Origin: a virus | Reading direction: 5' to 3' (one strand) | Virus record (IMG/VR): IMGVR_UViG_3300013006_000027 | Coordinates: 1 to 64,000 of that record | Length of the DNA: 64,000 nucleotides | In this document: positions 43,899-53,161 of the stretch, in pieces | How positions within the stretch are numbered: position 1 is the first letter of the stretch | Layout of the letters: each line of letters starts with the position of its first letter | Notes under the pieces: model-generated | Databases searched by the model: none | What the model saw: only the letters and a program-made list of their open reading frames with translations | Told to the model about the DNA's origin: nothing | Translations under genes and position numbers: made by a program

Positions 43899-44270
43899 TC
43901 TTTTTACTAGTGTAATACTACGTTTTTTGGATCTACGTTTATGTAGTTCAGCTAAACTACATACAGGACCATGAATTATAATTAAATTTTTATTTGTAAA
44001 GGTTCTTAAAAAAGGTCTAAACATAGACCATTCTTCTTTTAAAAATAAATTAATAGGTATTAATCTATTACTCTCCCACCACCATGTCTCGCCTAATTTT
44101 AAAAAAATGTTTTTGGCTTCTAAATCAAGTATTGCACCATAATCATATATAGTGGTTACAGTATCATCACGGTTTTGCACTATACCAACATAGTCTTGGT
44201 CGGCATAGGAGCACACTGTAATAAAAGGGTGATGCTCGGTTAATTTAGTAAAAAAATCTTTTTGAACCAT
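43890..44270 (-). CDS. hypothetical protein
   Basis: 126 aa; WWWESNR.IPINLFL; GTAAATA 6 nt before ATG. Confidence 0.75.
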   Translation of the reverse strand: MVQKDFFTKLTEHHPFITVCSYADQDYVGIVQNRDDTVTTIYDYGAILDLEAKNIFLKLGETWWWESNRLIPINLFLKEEWSMFRPFLRTFTNKNLIIIHGPVCSLAELHKRRSKKRSITLVKRLP

Positions 44271-44346
44271 ACAGAATATTTACTCTAGTTTACCCGAATT
44301 AATAATTAAATATATAGAGACTAAATACTAGAAGGAGCTCAAATTT

Positions 44347-45114
44347 GTGTACTCAACCGCAGTATTTCTCTATACGCAGCGACAAATTGTTGTTTTATTA
44401 TCAGGATATTCACCGAGGAGATATATGCCCGTATATGCCAAACCCCTAACCCTTCACAGAGGGGTAGATAACCAAATTCAATTTCAGTTCTTAAACCAAG
44501 AACAGAAACCCGTGGATATAACAGGTAAGCAAATTACATGTAGAATTATTAATTATGAAGGTAATGCAACACTTTTACAAAAGAGTCTTACCTTACAATT
44601 GCCCGCTACAGGTATAGCGGCTCTTGAAGTAAGTGCTGCTGATTTAGTAGCCATTGATCCACAAAAATGCTATTACTCATTAGAAATACCAGTTGGTGCT
44701 TTTGATTATCCTGTTTTCGTAGATCAAAATGCAGGTGCTAGGGGCGACATGTATATCGTTAATTCGGTATTACCTAGCTTTGTTCCCTCAATTGAAGTTA
44801 GTATTCCAACTGGGCAAGCATTTCCTAACAACAATCCAAATCAAAATTCTCAACCTGATGTTACTTATTATTCTAGTGTGATTGAAAGTAGTGATAGTTC
44901 CATACTTACCTTCCAAGTCAAACTAGAAGAATATTATGGGAACGTTGACATTCAAGGTTCTACTATAGTAGATGGAGATTGGTATCCAATTACTAATAAT
45001 ACATATGATGATGTTACTGACACAATTGGGTACACCATTACTGGATTTCATCCTTACGTAAGAATTGGATTTACTAGTAATGCAGGCGCGATAACCAATA
45101 TATTGTCTCGCTAG
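44347..45114 (+). CDS. putative baseplate/structural protein (BppU N-terminal-like)
   Basis: RGVDNQIQFQFLNQEQKPVDITG; late core and AGGAG RBS. Confidence 0.6.
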   Translation: MYSTAVFLYTQRQIVVLLSGYSPRRYMPVYAKPLTLHRGVDNQIQFQFLNQEQKPVDITGKQITCRIINYEGNATLLQKSLTLQLPATGIAALEVSAADLVAIDPQKCYYSLEIPVGAFDYPVFVDQNAGARGDMYIVNSVLPSFVPSIEVSIPTGQAFPNNNPNQNSQPDVTYYSSVIESSDSSILTFQVKLEEYYGNVDIQGSTIVDGDWYPITNNTYDDVTDTIGYTITGFHPYVRIGFTSNAGAITNILSR

Positions 45115-45162
45115 TTCTCCGTTGTAGTTGTTCAATTATTAAATTTATGCTATAATATAGGG

Positions 45163-46137
45163 ATGTTTGATATCCTATCTATTATTCCAGGTAAAAAAAA
45201 GAATACTCAATCTGGATGGACTTCTTTTAATGCCATATGTTGTGGGTATCGGGGGCATAAGCCAGACCAAAGAATGCGGGGTGGTATTAAGTTTGATGGC
45301 GATACTGCGTGGACTATGCATTGCTTTAACTGTCAATTTAAGTGCGGGTTTATCTTAGGTAAAAGTATTTCTCCAAAGACTAGACAGTTGCTACAATGGT
45401 CTGGAATCGAAGATTCTCAGATAACTAAATGGAGTCTAGAAAGTCTACAACATAAAGATTTGTTAGATTATATACGAGTAAAAAAACAAAAAAGTAGAAT
45501 TAAATTTCAGGATCATACATTACCTGAAGGAGAATTAATTGATATTAATAATCCTCAGCACACTGTATTCTCAGAGTATTTGTTGAGTAGAAGTATCAAT
45601 CCTAATAGTTATCCATTTTTAATTACCCCTCACGAAAAAGGTAGAAATGGTAATCGTATCATAATTCCATATACTTATAAAAATAAAATAGTTGGACATA
45701 CTAGTAGATTCTTAGATAATAGAATCCCCAAATATATTAATGAGCAACAACCCGGTTATGTTTTTAATATTGATAGTCAAAAACCTGATTGGCAAGTATG
45801 TATTGTTACTGAGGGAATATTTGATGCACTAAGTATTGATGGGGTGGCAGTAATGCACAATGATATTAATAACGACCAAGCAACATTATTGGGATCATTG
45901 AATAAGCCAATCATACTAGTTCCTGATAGAGATAATACAGGATTAGCGTTATGTGATAAAGCATTAGAGTTAGGATATAAAATTAGTTTACCAAATTGGG
46001 ATATAGATGTTAAAGATGTAAATGATGCAGTAGTAAAATATGGAAAATTACCAACATTGTTAAGTATATTGCAGGCAGCAACTAGTAGTAAAATTAAGAT
46101 AGAATTAAAGAGGAAGCAAATTGCTAAAGGAATATAA
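45163..46137 (+). CDS. DNA primase (T4 gp61-like)
   Basis: Zn domain (CC...HCFNC), RIIIP, TOPRIM VTEGIFDALS, PDRD, KDVND. Confidence 0.9.
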   Translation: MFDILSIIPGKKKNTQSGWTSFNAICCGYRGHKPDQRMRGGIKFDGDTAWTMHCFNCQFKCGFILGKSISPKTRQLLQWSGIEDSQITKWSLESLQHKDLLDYIRVKKQKSRIKFQDHTLPEGELIDINNPQHTVFSEYLLSRSINPNSYPFLITPHEKGRNGNRIIIPYTYKNKIVGHTSRFLDNRIPKYINEQQPGYVFNIDSQKPDWQVCIVTEGIFDALSIDGVAVMHNDINNDQATLLGSLNKPIILVPDRDNTGLALCDKALELGYKISLPNWDIDVKDVNDAVVKYGKLPTLLSILQAATSSKIKIELKRKQIAKGI

Positions 46138-47539
46138 TAGGGACGTTCAATTACTTTTCTTACAAATGATGTTAACCAATGCAGAATTGTATACTAGAGT
46201 AATGAATATTATGAACTCGGATAATTTTGATAGGTCAATTAGACCAGTTGCCGAGTTTATTAAAGAATATAGTACTAAGTATAGCCTGTTGCCCGACATT
46301 ACTCAAATCAAAGCGACTACTGGTATTGACGTTGAGCTAATTGAAGATTTTAGTGATAAACATACTGAATGGTTTCTTGCAGAATTTGAATCATTTACTA
46401 AGCGTCAAGAATTAGAACGTGCGATTCTTAAATCAGCCGACTTGTTAGAGAAGGGTGACTTTGGGCCAGTTGAAAAATTAATTAAAGATGCGGTTCAAAT
46501 CAGTTTACAACGTGACATGGGTACTGACTACTTTGCAGATCCTAAAGCACGTATTAACAAATATTTCAATGCAGGTGGACAACAAAGTACAGGGTGGCCT
46601 CAACTTGATAAACTGTTATATGGTGGTTTTAGTCGTGGTGAACTGAATATTTTTGCAGGTGGATCAGGATCAGGTAAGTCATTAGTAATGATGAACATTG
46701 CACTAAATTGGTTGCAAATGGGTTTGAGCGGAGTATATGTATCATTAGAACTTTCAGAAGAGTTAACTTCACTAAGAACCGATGCAATGTTAACTAGTAT
46801 GAGTACTAGGGATATTCGTAAAGACATTGATTCTACTGAACTCAGAGTTAAAATGGCTGGCAAAAAAGCTGGTCAATATAGAGTTAAAGGTCTTCCAGCG
46901 CAAAGTAATGTCAACGATATTCGTTCATACTTAAAAGAAGTACAAATTCAAACAGGTATGCGTGTAGATTTTGTGATGATTGATTATTTAGATTTAGTTA
47001 TGCCTGTATCTGTTAAAGTTAATCCTAATGATCAGTTTATTAAAGACAAATATGTTTCAGAAGAATTACGTAACTTGGCAAAAGAGTTAGGTATCCTTAT
47101 GGTAACAGCAAGTCAATTGAATAGGTCAGCAGTAGAAGAAATTGAATTTGATCATAGTCATATTGCAGGTGGTATCAGTAAAATTAACACAGCGGATAAC
47201 GTGTTTGGTATTTTCACAAGCCGTAGTATGCGTGAACGTGGACAATATCAAATTCAATGTATGAAAAGTCGTAGTAGTACTGGTGTTGGTCAAAAGATTG
47301 ATTTAGATTATAATATAGAAACTATGCGTATTACTGATAGTGATCCTGAAGGTCATGGAGAACAGCAAAATTCATATACTCCTAAACTCAATCCTAACAA
47401 TATAATGAGTACATTAAAAGCAACATCTATGGTAATAGATCAGTCTACGGGAGAAATATTAGAGCCTGAAAACAAGCGAGTAGTTGCAGATGTGCAAGGA
47501 AGTAAATTAAAATCATTACTTAATTCACTAAAGAAATAA
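46121..47539 (+). CDS. replicative DnaB-family helicase (T4 gp41-like)
   Basis: GGSGSGKS, SLELS, IDYLDL, TASQLNR, MKSR. Confidence 0.93.
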   Translation: MLKEYNRDVQLLFLQMMLTNAELYTRVMNIMNSDNFDRSIRPVAEFIKEYSTKYSLLPDITQIKATTGIDVELIEDFSDKHTEWFLAEFESFTKRQELERAILKSADLLEKGDFGPVEKLIKDAVQISLQRDMGTDYFADPKARINKYFNAGGQQSTGWPQLDKLLYGGFSRGELNIFAGGSGSGKSLVMMNIALNWLQMGLSGVYVSLELSEELTSLRTDAMLTSMSTRDIRKDIDSTELRVKMAGKKAGQYRVKGLPAQSNVNDIRSYLKEVQIQTGMRVDFVMIDYLDLVMPVSVKVNPNDQFIKDKYVSEELRNLAKELGILMVTASQLNRSAVEEIEFDHSHIAGGISKINTADNVFGIFTSRSMRERGQYQIQCMKSRSSTGVGQKIDLDYNIETMRITDSDPEGHGEQQNSYTPKLNPNNIMSTLKATSMVIDQSTGEILEPENKRVVADVQGSKLKSLLNSLKK

Positions 47540-47564
47540 TTATTACATATAGAATAAATATAAT

Positions 47565-47822
47565 ATGCAGAAAAAAACTCGTAGCCTTTTGGAAGAATTA
47601 GAAGCTTTAGGCGATAATCGTGATGTAAATCATATTATTGAGAACCGAGCCCACAACATTATTACCAGTGCTATTAATTTATTAGAACTAATTAATAAGC
47701 ATTATGATAGTGAGAGATCGGAAATCTTAGAAAGAAAGCTATTAAGTGCTATAAAAGGCAGAGACCAAACTAGGTTTGCAAAATCATTAAGGAAGAAAAA
47801 TGAAGCTCCAGGAAATCAATGA
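47565..47822 (+). CDS. hypothetical late protein
   Basis: ATAAATA 4 nt before ATG. Confidence 0.75.
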   Translation: MQKKTRSLLEELEALGDNRDVNHIIENRAHNIITSAINLLELINKHYDSERSEILERKLLSAIKGRDQTRFAKSLRKKNEAPGNQ

Positions 47823-48987
47823 GGCATCGGTAAATGAAGAAGGGATCATAGGGCGTGGTGTTGCCGCTGCTCAGCAGCTTGGTTCTAAACTAATTGGTAG
47901 TGAGTTAAGCCGAATGTCTGTCACTGATAGACATGCCATGAATATCTTTATTAAAGATTTTCTTGATAAAGTTTCAGTTGCATTAGGTGTTGCTGTTAAA
48001 AGTAGCGTAGTTGACCCTACTATAGTAGATACTTCAAGTGTAAGCAGTGGGGGAGGAGCAATTAAACCTACTGGTGCACCATTAAGTCAGTTAGGAAAAC
48101 AAACACAACAACAGATGTTAGCTCAACGAGCGGCTAATGCAGCTCCAGGTACAGGTAGAAAACCTTCAGCTCCTGGTCAACCAGCAGCACCGACGGCTGC
48201 TGCCCCAACAGCACCCACATTACCAGCAGCGCCGGCGGCTCCCGCGACACCATTAACTGATTTTGGCACTGTTGGGGCCAAAAGAGCGGAAAGGGCTCAG
48301 GCAAGAGCAGCGATTCCTGATCCAGATCTTAATGTAGGAAGAAGAGAACCTAAGGTAGGCTCACTAAGTGAAACACAATATCAAAAATTAAATTCAATTT
48401 TTGAAAGCATTCTTCTTACCGAAGCAAAAAGCATAGCTACTTTTGTCAAAGATTTCCTTAATACCAATGTACCACAACTTAATACTAAAGATCCTGATAT
48501 TGCCAAAGCCTTAGATAAACTTATTGCTCAAGTTCAAACTGATTGGACTAAAGATAAAGGTAAAAGTGCATTCACCAAATTAGCACAAGCAGCTTACCTC
48601 TTGGCTAAAGTTCCAACCTCTAGTGGCACTGGTGGACAACTAGGTTCCAAAACACAAGGACCAGCAGGTGCACAAGGACAAGCAGGTGCACAAGGTACTA
48701 GAACTCAGGGAGCAGGTGCTACTCAAGCAGCTCCTGATATAGCACAATATACTAATAATATATTGTCACAAATTAATAGAATGCAAAGAAATGATGCGGA
48801 TGATTTAGATGCTATTATTATGAATTCTTTGCGTAGATTATATAAAGTTAACTCTTCTGCCTATATGGACACTGCACAACATCTTAAAACAATGCTCCAA
48901 ACTAGTGCGCCAGTTACACCTGCACCTACACAAGGCCCACCCAATCTATCAATAGCTAGAGAATCTAAAAACAGAGTTAGAAAATGA
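47800..48987 (+). CDS. putative internal head protein with Ala/Pro- and Gly/Gln-rich segments
   Basis: MKLQEINE start; PAAP runs; short GxxGxx run. Confidence 0.65.
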   Translation: MKLQEINEASVNEEGIIGRGVAAAQQLGSKLIGSELSRMSVTDRHAMNIFIKDFLDKVSVALGVAVKSSVVDPTIVDTSSVSSGGGAIKPTGAPLSQLGKQTQQQMLAQRAANAAPGTGRKPSAPGQPAAPTAAAPTAPTLPAAPAAPATPLTDFGTVGAKRAERAQARAAIPDPDLNVGRREPKVGSLSETQYQKLNSIFESILLTEAKSIATFVKDFLNTNVPQLNTKDPDIAKALDKLIAQVQTDWTKDKGKSAFTKLAQAAYLLAKVPTSSGTGGQLGSKTQGPAGAQGQAGAQGTRTQGAGATQAAPDIAQYTNNILSQINRMQRNDADDLDAIIMNSLRRLYKVNSSAYMDTAQHLKTMLQTSAPVTPAPTQGPPNLSIARESKNRVRK

Positions 48988-50141
48988 ATTTGACTGAATC
49001 ATTAGCCTCTCTTAGAAATAAGTTAGAAACTATTGATGTCCCTTTATTAACTGAAGACAAGGGACACTTGGATCATCCTGAGGATTTGGTATTTTTAGGA
49101 GATGTTACTGGTGCTAATCGGGCAGTAGATGCAATTGCAAAAACAGTTACAAATCCAAAAACTGTTACTATTAAGTGGGATGGATATCCTGCTCTTATAT
49201 TTGGGCGTGATACTAATGGTAAATTTAGTATCATGGACAAACATATGTTCAACAAGAAAGATGGTACTGGAAGACAAGTTTATAGTCCTGAAGAATTTAG
49301 AAAATATGATATAGACCGTGGGGTAGATCGTTCTGATTTACATAGACTAATAGCTGAAATTTGGTCTGGTCTAGAAAAAGCAAGTAATGGAACTAAAGGT
49401 TATTACTGGGGAGACTTACTCTTCAATAAGCCACTAGCCGATAATAATGGATTGTACACATTCAAAGCTAACCCTAATGGCATAACATACACCGTAGACA
49501 TTAATAGCGACACAGGTAAGTTGATGAAAGGCAAAACTGCTGGTATAGCAGTACATCAATATATAACTCCTGAGGCCCCCAATACTGATTCTGCTGTGCC
49601 ATTGGATGGAACGATAGGACAGCTTAAGAACAATAGTAACGTTGCTATTATTCCTAGCAAAATGCCTATTACTCCTAACTTGAAACTAGATCAAAAGTTA
49701 TTAGCTAAAACTAAACAAGATATTTTAAAATATGGTCAGGCTGTTGACCAGTTAATGAATTCAGCACCGCAAGCTAGAAATACATTTAATCAACTGTTTA
49801 CCGTGTATATTAATAAGCGTATTGTAGGTGGTAACTTAAATGATTTATTATCAGGATTTATGGAGTTTATCGCAAGTAGACCCATGACTGACAAGATGAG
49901 AGCCAAGATAGATGAGCATCTACAAGTTAATAAAGAAGGGTTGATTGGTGCATTTACTATATGGATGGATATTTATAATCTTAAGATGAATGTAGTTGAA
50001 CAACTAAACAAAGCCGCTGAAGCTAGTCCTGTAAAAGGATATTTACAAGATGGTACACAAACTCAAGAAGGATTTGTTTCTAATGGTCTTAAGTTTGTAG
50101 ATAGAATGGGCTTCAGCAGACAGAACCTCCAGGGTCGCTGA
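48984..50141 (+). CDS. DUF6267-like protein with ligase-type nucleotidyltransferase motifs
   Basis: HLDHPEDL, TIKWDG, WGDLL, QEGFV, LKFVDR. Confidence 0.6.
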   Translation: MNLTESLASLRNKLETIDVPLLTEDKGHLDHPEDLVFLGDVTGANRAVDAIAKTVTNPKTVTIKWDGYPALIFGRDTNGKFSIMDKHMFNKKDGTGRQVYSPEEFRKYDIDRGVDRSDLHRLIAEIWSGLEKASNGTKGYYWGDLLFNKPLADNNGLYTFKANPNGITYTVDINSDTGKLMKGKTAGIAVHQYITPEAPNTDSAVPLDGTIGQLKNNSNVAIIPSKMPITPNLKLDQKLLAKTKQDILKYGQAVDQLMNSAPQARNTFNQLFTVYINKRIVGGNLNDLLSGFMEFIASRPMTDKMRAKIDEHLQVNKEGLIGAFTIWMDIYNLKMNVVEQLNKAAEASPVKGYLQDGTQTQEGFVSNGLKFVDRMGFSRQNLQGR

Positions 50142-50259
50142 ATAATTTCCACCCTTTATAACTTTTTCTGTCGCCCCTAGACAGCGCAGAAGTATGCCCT
50201 TGACCTAGATATTTGAGGTCAGTTACATTGTGGGTTTTCTTGTATAGATAAATAGTCAT
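50113..50259 (-). pseudogene. internally deleted GIY-YIG homing endonuclease (48 aa, not in ORF track)
   Basis: MTIYLYKKTHNVTDLKYLGQ (GIY-YIG start) fused in frame to GHTSALSRGDRKSYKGWKL (NUMOD1-like end); AAGGA RBS. Confidence 0.75.
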
Positions 50260-50327
50260 GCTGATGTTCCTTTACAACATTAGAGTAGTTGGGGTTTCCG
50301 AGGCCCGCGAACTACACTTTTATTTAT
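50248..50327 (+). ncRNA. candidate structured cis-antisense RNA / endonuclease leader, copy 2
   Basis: ATAAATA-NN-CAT-G-CTGATGTT-loop-AACATTAG-A-GTAGTT-GGGGTTT-ccg-AGGCCC-GCG-AACTAC-ACTTTTATTTAT. Confidence 0.65.
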
Positions 50328-50406
50328 GCTAAACCGATATTTTTTGCCATTTTGTATAAATAATTATATGAGACAGTAGGTCTCAACAAATATAAGGAAT
50401 TTTAAA

Positions 50407-50790
50407 ATGGCTCAATTTACAAAAGTTAATGGTGACTTTCTACCAGTTCTAAACTTAGACACATTTGCATACACAAACAGTGGTGCTAATGCTCTTAGCA
50501 GTGCTAACACAGTTCAACCACAAGGTCCTAAGCTTCAGTACTTTACTGTTACAGGTACAGGCGAGTTAAGTGGTGCTCAAATCAACATCATTACTCAGAC
50601 AGTTCAGCAATTAGCAACAATCTATATCTATGAGTATACCAATACAACAAATGATACATTTGCGTTTGCTTCATATCCAGCTGGTGCTTGGACAACTGGC
50701 ACATTAGACACAGCAGTTAATGCTGCTCTAACTGCTGCAGGTATTGCTAACACAACATCTTCAACAGCTTCAGCTACATTTACAAACTAA
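50407..50790 (+). CDS. small virion structural (decoration-like) protein
   Basis: TATAAATA, strong RBS, T/A/N-rich composition, own terminator. Confidence 0.7.
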   Translation: MAQFTKVNGDFLPVLNLDTFAYTNSGANALSSANTVQPQGPKLQYFTVTGTGELSGAQINIITQTVQQLATIYIYEYTNTTNDTFAFASYPAGAWTTGTLDTAVNAALTAAGIANTTSSTASATFTN

Positions 50791-50807
50791 TTATTAGTTT
50801 TGTATTT

Positions 50808-50839
50808 AAAAGCCCGAGAATTATTCTTGGGCTTTTTTT
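50808..50839 (+). terminator. intrinsic terminator
   Basis: aaaagcccgagaa-tta-ttcttgggc-ttttttt. Confidence 0.85.
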
Positions 50840-50854
50840 ATGGCTAAATAGTTA

Positions 50855-51310
50855 ATGACGTATAGAATACAATGTTATACACTTTTTGATGTAACTAATA
50901 CAGGAGTGCTTAATCGGTCAAAGCCAGCCGATGTTACTGATGAAGATACTTGGCGATTCAAAAGAAACACGCAAGCAAATTTTGATACAGTACTTCAATC
51001 TATATCATTACGTTCACAACCGGATGTACTAAAAAAGCCTGAAAAAATTAATATTCGTTTTGATAAATTTCAGAATTTTGGTTTTTTGTTTGAGCAATTA
51101 GAAGATGAGACTTATCCATGTTGGTATTTTGAATTTGAAGTTTATCATAACAGTGTATTTGACAATGGTATAATAGAGTTTGGCTTTTTATATAGTGATT
51201 GTGATAGAGTGCCAATGATATTGTGTGGTACAGAATGGGATAAGTTGTCTCCATTTTTAGATACTAGTTCTGAATTACGAAACATATATTTTACATTACA
51301 AAATGATTGA
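50855..51310 (+). CDS. hypothetical protein
   Basis: TLFDVT.TG ... RN.Q.NFDT..Q.ISLRSQP. Confidence 0.78.
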   Translation: MTYRIQCYTLFDVTNTGVLNRSKPADVTDEDTWRFKRNTQANFDTVLQSISLRSQPDVLKKPEKINIRFDKFQNFGFLFEQLEDETYPCWYFEFEVYHNSVFDNGIIEFGFLYSDCDRVPMILCGTEWDKLSPFLDTSSELRNIYFTLQND

Positions 51311-51779
51311 AGAAAAAATAGTTGATAAAATTAATAAGTTCTTGACAAAAGAGCTTGTTCAGAATATGGGTGATTTTGTTATTTTTAAAAACGAAAATAA
51401 CATTTATGAGTTGTTTAATCAGTACATAATTCACCCCTATACAAATAATAGTTATAAAATAGTTTGTAAATTTAATTCGGTTGAAAAAACATTTTCTTCT
51501 GTAAAGAATGCGGTTACATGGTGTGTGTTTGATAAGAACCAAAAAATTAATGAATGCAATAGAATTCAAGAGATTGACGTATTTTTGGATAGCATTGAGC
51601 TAGAGACCATACTGTGTAAAAAATATTTAAAGAAACCAAAAAATCTAGATTCAAAGTTACTTTATCTCAACAAACTAAGAGAGAATCAAGAGAAAAAAAA
51701 GAGACTAACTGGGGAATTAGATGAATTTATCAAGTTGTCAAAGTATTGGCAAGACAAGAAATTTATTCGCAAAGACTAA
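51303..51779 (+). CDS. hypothetical protein
   Basis: 158 aa, overlaps previous stop. Confidence 0.72.
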   Translation: MIEEKIVDKINKFLTKELVQNMGDFVIFKNENNIYELFNQYIIHPYTNNSYKIVCKFNSVEKTFSSVKNAVTWCVFDKNQKINECNRIQEIDVFLDSIELETILCKKYLKKPKNLDSKLLYLNKLRENQEKKKRLTGELDEFIKLSKYWQDKKFIRKD

Positions 51780-51824
51780 TAAACATGTGTTTAAGATAAA
51801 TATATTATAGACTGGGAAAATATT

Positions 51825-52505
51825 ATGAAATTAACTGACTTTGATAACAACAGCACCGCACAAAAAGCACTGAATGAAACTTATGCTATACCATTCAATG
51901 TTGAAAAAATGCCGTTGCAAACCGCTGCATCAATGCTTAAGAAGGTAAGAAAGCTTACCAATGAAGCCAAACAGTCAAAAGATTTTTACAAAAATCAGAC
52001 GAATCCTTCTTACATGAAATTAGTTTTCATGGAACAGGCTCTGAATTCTCATTTATATAGCTTAAAGAATTCTCCTAAGCCAAGGATCGTAGTAGAGAAT
52101 GAGGAAGTTGAAAAGTCACAGGTTATTCTAGCAGCACAAGACATGATTGATACAGTTCAAAAAATGTTAGAAGAAGTTAGTGATATGATGGTTAAAGAAC
52201 TTCCTGCTCTAGTAAATAGTATTCAATCTGAAATGGGTGTAAATGAAAGCACACAGTTTAATACGCAAGCAACGGAAGCACTAACATCGTTAAGTAGTTC
52301 AATTCAACAATCTAGAGCAACATTAAATGATGCCTTAAATACACTTACTGGTCAGGGCAATGCGGATGCATTTGCTATGGATACCCCACCTGAAATGGGT
52401 CCACCTGAAGAGGAAGTTCAAGATATTAGTATAGATACTACGGAAGTTCCCGCTGAACAACCTGACCCACAGCCAGTTGGTGGTGCCGGCAGACTAAAGA
52501 GATAA
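51825..52505 (+). CDS. hypothetical late protein (helical, possible prohead core/scaffold)
   Basis: Late promoter at 51795; coiled coil and acidic tail. Confidence 0.65.
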   Translation: MKLTDFDNNSTAQKALNETYAIPFNVEKMPLQTAASMLKKVRKLTNEAKQSKDFYKNQTNPSYMKLVFMEQALNSHLYSLKNSPKPRIVVENEEVEKSQVILAAQDMIDTVQKMLEEVSDMMVKELPALVNSIQSEMGVNESTQFNTQATEALTSLSSSIQQSRATLNDALNTLTGQGNADAFAMDTPPEMGPPEEEVQDISIDTTEVPAEQPDPQPVGGAGRLKR

Positions 52506-52508
52506 TTA

Positions 52509-52844
52509 ATGTTTCTGTCCGAAATTGCGGAACCCAGTCCAAAGATTACTAGATTAGTTACCGTTGTTGACCAGCTTAAAACTGATTTAGACAATGGTAA
52601 AATCAAATCTGAATGGACTGTGGATCAGCTATTGAATTACTTTAGAAAGTATGATATAATTATAGACAAAACTGATTTGTACAAAATGATTAAAAAACCT
52701 CCACTAAAAAATGTAATTTCAAATATTCAAGGTGAAAAAGTAGTGTTTAAAGGGCAAGCTGGTGAAACACCTGATATAGAATCTACTACTCCAGACGATC
52801 AAAAAAAGATAGTCGCTCAAATGGCTAAAAATACACTTAAATGA
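52509..52844 (+). CDS. hypothetical protein
   Basis: MFLSEIAE start; ends VAQMAKNTLK. Confidence 0.72.
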   Translation: MFLSEIAEPSPKITRLVTVVDQLKTDLDNGKIKSEWTVDQLLNYFRKYDIIIDKTDLYKMIKKPPLKNVISNIQGEKVVFKGQAGETPDIESTTPDDQKKIVAQMAKNTLK

Positions 52845-53161
52845 TAACAGCTACTGAAATAGCCGCTACCAAAATAAAACAACAATTAGAACAAAGAGGT
52901 AAAGGGTTAGGAATTAAAATCGGAGTAAAAACGACCGGTTGTTCTGGTCTTGCCTATACCTTAGAATTTGTTGACCAGATAGATCAAACTTACGCTATAT
53001 TTGAAATCAACGGAGCACATATATATGTAGATCCAAAACATGTTCCTTATTTGCAAGGATTAGAAATGGATTGGGTAAAAAAAGGACTAAATGAAGGTTT
53101 TGAATTTATTAACCCGCAGGAAAAAGACCGTTGCGGTTGCGGCGAAAGTTTCAGAATATGA
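52841..53161 (+). CDS. iscA: A-type Fe-S cluster carrier (IscA/HesB family)
   Basis: GVKTTGCSGLAY, GLNEGFEF.NP, CGCGESF. Confidence 0.93.
   Translation: MITATEIAATKIKQQLEQRGKGLGIKIGVKTTGCSGLAYTLEFVDQIDQTYAIFEINGAHIYVDPKHVPYLQGLEMDWVKKGLNEGFEFINPQEKDRCGCGESFRI

Noticed and set aside
48655-48720. Collagen-like domain
   Set aside because: Only about five G-x-x triplets, too short for a triple helix.
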